DNA of 24,000 nucleotides from the NCBI GenBank assembly GCA_937981665.1, contig CALJOJ010000057.1, forward strand, positions 3,255-27,254, given 5' to 3'. Every line of letters begins with the position of its first letter. The first letter of the stretch is position 1. The position numbers and the translations under genes are program-made. The notes below the pieces were generated by a model. It did no database searches, was not told the DNA's origin, and was given only the letters and a program-made list of their open reading frames with translations. Shown here piece by piece: positions 1 through 6,037 of this stretch. This stretch comes from an uncultured Rubritalea sp. (GTDB taxonomy: Bacteria > Verrucomicrobiota > Verrucomicrobiia > Verrucomicrobiales > Akkermansiaceae).

Positions 1-268
1 CACGGCTATCTGCATAGATCACTACTCTAGTGCGTGCTCCACTAGACTTAGCGACCTGTCTTGCTTGGTCAAAGACACTTTGAGCTAATGGTACTGCTGT
101 ACTTACACCTTTAGACTTAGAGAGATTCTTAATCGCTCCTACGCCTACGCTAAGTAATGCACCAATGATAGCCAACACCACTAAAATTTCAACCAATGTG
201 AAACCTCTCGATCTACGTCGCACGGTAGGTCTAGGCTGATTATTGAGTCTTAATAAATGCGTATTCAT
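1..268 (-). CDS. Prepilin-type N-terminal cleavage/methylation domain protein (type II secretion/pseudopilin-like), 3' end cut by the window edge
   Basis: Reverse translation from the ATG at 268-266 gives MNTHLLRLNNQPRPTVRRRSRG-FTLVEILVVLAIIGALLSVGV... A basic leader, then G/F with E at +5 and a hydrophobic helix, is the prepilin peptidase signal. The frame stays open to position 1. It is absent from the ORF track because it is open-ended. Confidence 0.8.
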   Translation of the reverse strand, partial: MNTHLLRLNNQPRPTVRRRSRGFTLVEILVVLAIIGALLSVGVGAIKNLSKSKGVSTAVPLAQSVFDQARQVAKSSGARTRVVIYADSR

Positions 269-490
269 ATTGATTCTTGTAGTTGTTAAAAGTAGCTATT
301 TAGTTATGTTAAATGGCTAACCATCAAAAGCTATATTTTTAAAATTACGAAATTTTCATCATAAATCAAGTTAAAATGTAAATACAAAGTAACTTCAATA
401 CTCAATACACACAGTAATAAGGGTTCATTTTAATCATTTAAAGGTACTTCTGGAAAGATCCAATTACGCTGTGATGCTCACATGAGTATA

Positions 491-534
491 TAAAAAACGC
501 CATGTGCTTGCTCAGAAATGAGCAAGCACACGGC
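491..534 (-). terminator. Rho-independent terminator for the 3510->563 operon
   Basis: Stem 499-514 (gccatgtgcttgctca) pairs with 519-534 (tgagcaagcacacggc) with one mismatch and loop gaaa. On the minus strand it is followed by a T6 run (plus-strand A6 at 492-497). It lies 29 nt downstream of the stop codon of the 65-aa ORF. Confidence 0.75.
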
Positions 535-562
535 GGATGAAGTGAATTTTTGTTAGACAGTC

Positions 563-760
563 TTACTCTTCTAGTTCTTTAGGAATGGCGTCTGGATTTG
601 CCGCCATTTCGTGTTCCATAGAGACACAGCTTTGGCATTCTCCGTCATCGGCGACCCACTCTGGGTTTACTTGAGAGATACTTTTATGGAGTGTCTCTTC
701 AGCGCAGTCCATACCTTCACAGGCTTCGTCTTTGACTTTATTTTTTGGGTTATTGTCCAT
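563..760 (-). CDS. Small acidic 4-Cys protein, function unknown (65 aa)
   Basis: The ORF starts 4 nt after the stop of the upstream 4Fe-4S gene, the same 4-nt spacing as the preceding gene junction. The strong terminator follows it. Cys pattern is C14-x4-C19 ... C42-x2-C45, with many D/E residues. I recognise no family. Confidence 0.55.
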   Translation of the reverse strand: MDNNPKNKVKDEACEGMDCAEETLHKSISQVNPEWVADDGECQSCVSMEHEMAANPDAIPKELEE

Positions 761-764
761 AGTT

Positions 765-2144
765 TTATTTCTTTTCTAGTTTACGAGCTTTCGCAGAACC
801 TAGTAGGTCCATCGTGTATTCCTCTCTCTGCTCAGTAGGTCCGTTTTCTAAACTCAGTACACCACGTGGGCAGACTGCTGAGCATATTCCACATCCTACG
901 CAAGAAGCACGCTTGATGTCTTGTCCGCGCTGTGCGTACCAGCGTACATCAATTCCCATTTCACAGTAAGTAGAGCAGTTACCACATGAGATACACTGCG
1001 CACCATTAGTAGTGATCCGGAATCTTGATTTAAATTTCTGAATCATCCCGAGCACCGCAGCCATAGGACAGCCAAAGCGGCACCAGACTCGTGAACCTAG
1101 AAGTGGATAAAAACCTACTCCGATGACTCCTGAGAACGTAGCTCCAATGAGGAACCCGTATACTTTTCTTACTGGTAAGGAGGCTCCACCGAGTGTGCCC
1201 CACCAGGCATCCATCCAGACCATCGCGGTCATTATGATTACGAAAATAAGAATACTATATATCATTATGCGCTCTATTTTCCAGGCTGTTCTAGATTTAT
1301 TAGAGAGTTGTCTAAAGCTATCTCCTGCTGTATTTGCAAGTCCACCACAGCCACATACCCATGAGCAATACCAACGCTTTCCGAAGTAATAAGTAAGCAA
1401 AGGCGTAGCAACGAGAGTCATGATGATTCCCCATCCGAAGACGAATCCTGCCATTGATTTACCACTACTTAGAAGCGTCTCGACTTTATCTGGCATCAGC
1501 GCTTTATATTCCAATGGCCAGAAATAGTTTGGTAAGAAATAAGGCTGGTTAAGGCGCTCCATGATGGAAGGAACGATGAAGGCAAATCCAAACTGACAGA
1601 ACATAATAGAGCACGTTCTAACGATTTGATACTTACTATGACGGTATTTTGCCAGAGCCTTAATTCCCATGATGAGAACAGCAATGGTATAACATGCTCC
1701 ATAGACAAACCAAATATCAGCATTGCTATTTCTGAGTAGTTGACTCAATGGATCAAATATCTGAGTGATACTAGGTCTGTATTCAGTACCTGCTTTAGTG
1801 AGTGCAGATTCTTGGTAGAAGAAATAGTAAGCGGTATAGAAACCCGTAATGATGATTCCGAGTAACCAGCCACCAGCACCAACAGCGGTGAAGGTATTTT
1901 TAACCAGATTATTATTATGAATACCCGGAGGACGTTTCAAGTGAGTGCGTAAACTGTAGGTGATGCCACCTGCTACAATACCAAATAACATAGTATAAAA
2001 CACCCAGCTTCCTGTGGCTATTTCTTGTTCGAACAGGGCTAGTAAAAATAACACCAGTCCTATTCCTAAAACTGAAAGGCCTATTCTCTGAATAGTATCG
2101 AGCTTTGGGTCTGGAGGGACGATTGAATGACTTTCTCTTAACAT
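765..2144 (-). CDS. Polytopic membrane 4Fe-4S binding protein (NapH/MauN/NosR-like polyferredoxin)
   Basis: About 8 hydrophobic helices. Two membrane-proximal Cys motifs typical of NapH-type proteins are present (CSWVCGCGG and WCRFGCPMA). The C-terminus carries two ferredoxin motifs, CISCGNCSTYCEMG and CVGCGICSAVCPRG. Confidence 0.85.
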   Translation of the reverse strand: MLRESHSIVPPDPKLDTIQRIGLSVLGIGLVLFLLALFEQEIATGSWVFYTMLFGIVAGGITYSLRTHLKRPPGIHNNNLVKNTFTAVGAGGWLLGIIITGFYTAYYFFYQESALTKAGTEYRPSITQIFDPLSQLLRNSNADIWFVYGACYTIAVLIMGIKALAKYRHSKYQIVRTCSIMFCQFGFAFIVPSIMERLNQPYFLPNYFWPLEYKALMPDKVETLLSSGKSMAGFVFGWGIIMTLVATPLLTYYFGKRWYCSWVCGCGGLANTAGDSFRQLSNKSRTAWKIERIMIYSILIFVIIMTAMVWMDAWWGTLGGASLPVRKVYGFLIGATFSGVIGVGFYPLLGSRVWCRFGCPMAAVLGMIQKFKSRFRITTNGAQCISCGNCSTYCEMGIDVRWYAQRGQDIKRASCVGCGICSAVCPRGVLSLENGPTEQREEYTMDLLGSAKARKLEKK

Positions 2145-2148
2145 AAAA

Positions 2149-3510
2149 TTAGTTGGCTTTGAATAAATTGATCTTGGTAAGTAGGGTGCTAAATAATCCC
2201 TTACCTACGGTCTTTGTGACTTGTTCTGAATTATCATGATTCCAATGCGCAATAATTTCGTCTTCATATTGATTGAAAAATTCTGGGTCGAAGTTCGCTC
2301 CTGCTAGCTGACTGAGAACATCAGTAATTTTAGCCTCATCGCTTAACCACTTTTCCCAGACTTGATGACGATGACGAATCCCAAAGACATTAACCCCTGT
2401 GACAGCTAAATCATTCTCTCTGTAGTTAATGCGGATGGTAATGTGCTTGTCTGGAGCTTTCCAAAAAAACGTCTTTTCTCCATCTTGTGGATCAGGCATT
2501 ACTGTGCCGTAAGTCTGGTATTCGATATCGAAAAACTTCGCTGAGTTCCACCAGATGCCCGGGTTATAGTCTTGTGGATCACCACATATATTAGCAGCAA
2601 CAAATGCGCCCTGAAGTTTACCTACATACCAGACTGCTTCTATCGGTCTACGTCCCTTAGGAGGAGTACGTAACTGAGCACAGTCACCAATACTCCAGAC
2701 GTTTGGAAGGTTTGTTCTAAAATGGTTATCCACTAGGATTCCTCGATCAGTTTCGACCTCGCTACCTTCTTTTATCCAATCAATATTAGGTCTAACTCCG
2801 GCGGTAAGACCAACGATAGAACATTCTATTTTTTCCCCAGCTTTAGTGACGATATGCGAAACTTTGCCATCATCTCCAGCATGAATGCTATCTAGCTCGT
2901 CACCCATTCTTAAGTCTACATGATGCTCATGGATGTGATCTTCAATCATCATAGCCTCCTCTTCAGGAATAACGCTGCCCCAGAAATTTTTCTCTCGGAC
3001 TAAGAAACTGACACCAATCCCACGAGTGATGAGCATTTCTGCCATCTCTATACCGATCAATCCTCCACCTGCGATTACTGCATGTTTGGCTCCGACAGCA
3101 TTTTTTTCTAGCTCATCAAGATCTTGTTTAGAATAGAGTCCTTGAACACCAGGCAGATCCTGCCCAGGCCAGCCGAACTTGTTAGGAGTGGAACCTACGG
3201 CTAATATGAGATGACTATATCCAAGCTTTTCTCCTCCCTGAAGAATGATGCTATTAGAGTGATGATCTATTTTTTCTACCCAAGCACGCTTAAGGTCTAG
3301 TTTATTTTCTTTCCAGAAATGATCTTCATAAGGCTGAGTGTGTTTAAATTTCATATGCCCCATAAAGATATACATGAGGGCGGTTCTGGAGAAATGGTAG
3401 TCAGTTTCTCCTGAAATGATGAGGATTGGCACTTGGGAATCTAGCTTTCGGACTTCGCGTGCTGCGGTGACTCCGGCTATTCCGTTACCAATGATAATGA
3501 TAGGTTGCAT
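2149..3510 (-). CDS. NAD(P)/FAD-dependent oxidoreductase (pyridine nucleotide-disulfide oxidoreductase fold)
   Basis: N-terminal FAD Rossmann motif IIIIGNGIAGVTAA. Second dinucleotide motif AVIAGGGLIGIEMAE. Motif SIGDCAQ near the FAD-binding C-terminal segment. No redox-active CxxxxC pair is visible. Confidence 0.9.
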   Translation of the reverse strand: MQPIIIIGNGIAGVTAAREVRKLDSQVPILIISGETDYHFSRTALMYIFMGHMKFKHTQPYEDHFWKENKLDLKRAWVEKIDHHSNSIILQGGEKLGYSHLILAVGSTPNKFGWPGQDLPGVQGLYSKQDLDELEKNAVGAKHAVIAGGGLIGIEMAEMLITRGIGVSFLVREKNFWGSVIPEEEAMMIEDHIHEHHVDLRMGDELDSIHAGDDGKVSHIVTKAGEKIECSIVGLTAGVRPNIDWIKEGSEVETDRGILVDNHFRTNLPNVWSIGDCAQLRTPPKGRRPIEAVWYVGKLQGAFVAANICGDPQDYNPGIWWNSAKFFDIEYQTYGTVMPDPQDGEKTFFWKAPDKHITIRINYRENDLAVTGVNVFGIRHRHQVWEKWLSDEAKITDVLSQLAGANFDPEFFNQYEDEIIAHWNHDNSEQVTKTVGKGLFSTLLTKINLFKAN

Positions 3511-3758
3511 AGTTTAGTGATGAAAAAATTTTCAAGATAGATCTATAACAGCCTTCCTTAGTATTAGTAAAGGAAATAAGGATATCTATATGTAAAACTT
3601 AAAGATATCTCATATATGACTCATTATTTTACCTATCGTGATAGTTCTTATTTTAGTTAGCCAAATAGCTAGGTTGAAAATAATTATGAATAAAAAGAGC
3701 GCATTTTTCATCTTAAGAGGTAACAATATTTTACAACATTAATATTCCTATATAAGCG

Positions 3759-4487
3759 ATGAACATTTCAAAACTAACTACATTTTCTACTATCCTAGCT
3801 GGCTTCATTTTCACTCAGGCAAACGCCCAAGACTACACAGCTTATAATGAGCTTCTTAAAAAGTACGCACAGCCTGATGGTGTAGACTACAAGTCATGGG
3901 ATAAGAGCAGTAAAGATCATAAGGCACTAGAAAAAATCCTTAAAGAATGGGCTAAGATCGACGCAAGCAAGCTCCCTCATGCAGACAAAGCGGCCTTTCG
4001 TATCAACCTCTATAATGCTGCGATGGTCGACGTGGCGCTCGATAACTACCCATTAGCCACTGTGACTAAGCTAGGTGATAAGGACTTCGCTATCTTTGAT
4101 GCTAATATTATCAACACCCCAGGTGGAGCTATCAGTCTCAATACACTGGAGAAGAAAACCTTACTTAAAGAATTTCCAGATTCACGCCTCCACTTCGCAG
4201 TGAACTGTGCCAGTGTGAGCTGCCCGCCACTCCGTAATGAAGCATACACAGGAGCTCAACTACAGCAGCAACTTACGGACCAGAGTGTGAAGTTCGCTAA
4301 CAGCCCACATGCAGTACAGGTGAATGGATCTACAGCCCTCTACTCTGAGCTCTTTAACTGGTACGCAGCGGACTTCAAAACCAAGAATCCTGCTACCTAC
4401 CTTAATAATTACAGAACAGCAAAGATCAATACCGCAGCAAAGATAGGATGGATCAAGTATGACTGGAATCTAAACCAGTCTAAATAG
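3759..4487 (+). CDS. Exported DUF547 domain protein
   Basis: N-terminal signal peptide (MNISKLTTFSTILAGFIFTQANA-QD). DUF547 hallmark segments are AAFRINLYNAAMV and RLHFAVNCASVSCPPLRNEAY. Confidence 0.8.
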   Translation: MNISKLTTFSTILAGFIFTQANAQDYTAYNELLKKYAQPDGVDYKSWDKSSKDHKALEKILKEWAKIDASKLPHADKAAFRINLYNAAMVDVALDNYPLATVTKLGDKDFAIFDANIINTPGGAISLNTLEKKTLLKEFPDSRLHFAVNCASVSCPPLRNEAYTGAQLQQQLTDQSVKFANSPHAVQVNGSTALYSELFNWYAADFKTKNPATYLNNYRTAKINTAAKIGWIKYDWNLNQSK

Positions 4488-4531
4488 TCTTGAATAAATA
4501 AATATAACATCGTTTACTTCGCTGTAATTAA

Positions 4532-6037
4532 ATGTTAGTAAATATTCCACTCTTCATCTATGCCTTCTGTAGTGCAGTTCTTATTCTATTCGGGCTGCAT
4601 CACTATTTTATGATCTTTCTCTTTTTTAAGAAGAAAAATGGCATCAAAGAAGATAACCAACGTACTGAAGAAGAAAATGCGATCACGGAGCAAAATGCCC
4701 CTGCAGTGCTATCACAGATCCCGCTCTACAATGAGCCTGCTGTAGCTGAGCGTGTGATCCGTGCTGTAGCTGAGATAGACTATCCGAGGCATCACATCCA
4801 GGTGCTAGATGACTCTACAGATGACTCTACTAAATTAGTAGACAAGGTAGTTTCTGAGCTACAGGAAAAAGGGATATCTATCGAAGTATTGCGCAGAGAA
4901 GGTCGCGCAGGCTTTAAGGCAGGCGCTCTTGACTACGGTCTGAAGAAAAATGATGCACCTTATGTTGCCATCTTTGACAGTGACTTCGTACCACCGAAAA
5001 ATTTTCTAGAACGAACGATCCCGCATTTCTTAACAAACAACAAATACTGCGTGGTGCAAGCCCGCTGGGGTCACCTTAACTCTGAAGAAAATGCCTTTAC
5101 CCGCGCCCAGAGTGTCGGTGTGAACGGGCACTTTGTCATTGAGCAAGTGGCGCGCTCATACAATGGATACTTCCTAAACTTTAACGGAACTGCTGGCATC
5201 TGGTCACGTGAGGCTATCACTGACGCAGGAGGGTGGAATGCGGACACTCTAACAGAAGACTTAGACCTCTCATACAGAGCACAGCTCAAGGGATGGAAAA
5301 TCCACTTCTTGCCTCACCTCGTAGTCCCCGCCGAGCTTCCATCCTTCTACCAAGCTTTCAGATCCCAACAGTTCCGCTGGGCAAAAGGTTCCATGCAGAC
5401 GGCTAAGAAACTTCTGCCCGTAGTATGGAAATCTGGCATCCCTGTTTCTAAGAAAATAGAAGCCTCATTCCACCTCACTCATTACTCTATCCATCTGTGT
5501 ATGTTCCTACAGGCACTCATGGCATTACCTATCATTTTGATCAATAAGAACTCATTTGATTCACAAGTAGTGGCATGGTTCGCGGCTCCGATGGCATTAG
5601 CAATGATAGGCCCGAGCTTACTCTATCTAGTAGCCGAACGTTGGCTGGATTCAGAGAAAGGAACCCTAAATTTTTTCAACCGCTTACCGATGCTTCTACT
5701 AATCGGTTTCGGTATCTGCCTGAGTAACGCAAGAGCATGTGTCGAAGGACTCATCGGCATCAAGTCACCATTTGTTAGAACTCCGAAGAAAGGTGATCAC
5801 CAGTCGATGACTAAATTCATGGATCTAGGTAAGGGAAGTATTATGCCGATACTTGAGATAAGTATGGCGTTGCTCACCCTCGTGACGGCAATTGTTTACT
5901 ATAATAAAGACTCTGCTGCTATCATCCCGTTCTTCCTTATCTACTCCTTTGGATTCGCCATGTTTGGTTACAGAAGCATCACGGGTGGCATAGAAAAAAA
6001 CACTGTTAAAAAAACCGCCAAACGCTTTAAGACTTGA
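4532..6037 (+). CDS. Processive family-2 glycosyltransferase (CslA/BcsA/MgdA-like membrane beta-glycan or glycolipid synthase)
   Basis: One N-terminal TM helix, a GT-A domain with LDDSTDDST, FDSDF and TEDLDLS, and QQFRW (QxxRW) at 5366-5380. Several C-terminal TM helices follow. Confidence 0.85.
   Translation: MLVNIPLFIYAFCSAVLILFGLHHYFMIFLFFKKKNGIKEDNQRTEEENAITEQNAPAVLSQIPLYNEPAVAERVIRAVAEIDYPRHHIQVLDDSTDDSTKLVDKVVSELQEKGISIEVLRREGRAGFKAGALDYGLKKNDAPYVAIFDSDFVPPKNFLERTIPHFLTNNKYCVVQARWGHLNSEENAFTRAQSVGVNGHFVIEQVARSYNGYFLNFNGTAGIWSREAITDAGGWNADTLTEDLDLSYRAQLKGWKIHFLPHLVVPAELPSFYQAFRSQQFRWAKGSMQTAKKLLPVVWKSGIPVSKKIEASFHLTHYSIHLCMFLQALMALPIILINKNSFDSQVVAWFAAPMALAMIGPSLLYLVAERWLDSEKGTLNFFNRLPMLLLIGFGICLSNARACVEGLIGIKSPFVRTPKKGDHQSMTKFMDLGKGSIMPILEISMALLTLVTAIVYYNKDSAAIIPFFLIYSFGFAMFGYRSITGGIEKNTVKKTAKRFKT

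Noticed and set aside
611-838. 75-aa plus-strand ORF overlapping the small Cys protein gene and the 3' end of the 4Fe-4S gene
   Set aside because: It is antisense to two tightly coupled genes with clear motifs. It has a low-complexity hydrophobic composition, no recognisable motif and no sensible upstream context.
1123-1723. Track ORFs 1123-1389 (+) and 1496-1723 (-) inside the 4Fe-4S membrane protein gene
   Set aside because: They are shadow or alternative-frame ORFs within a 459-aa gene whose own frame carries the Cys motifs. I see no independent support.
4046-5289. Minus-strand ORFs 4046-4249 and 5071-5289. The same reasoning applies to 16148-16348 and 19603-19803.
   Set aside because: Each is a short antisense ORF inside a confidently called gene (DUF547, GT2, KpsS-like, IMPase).
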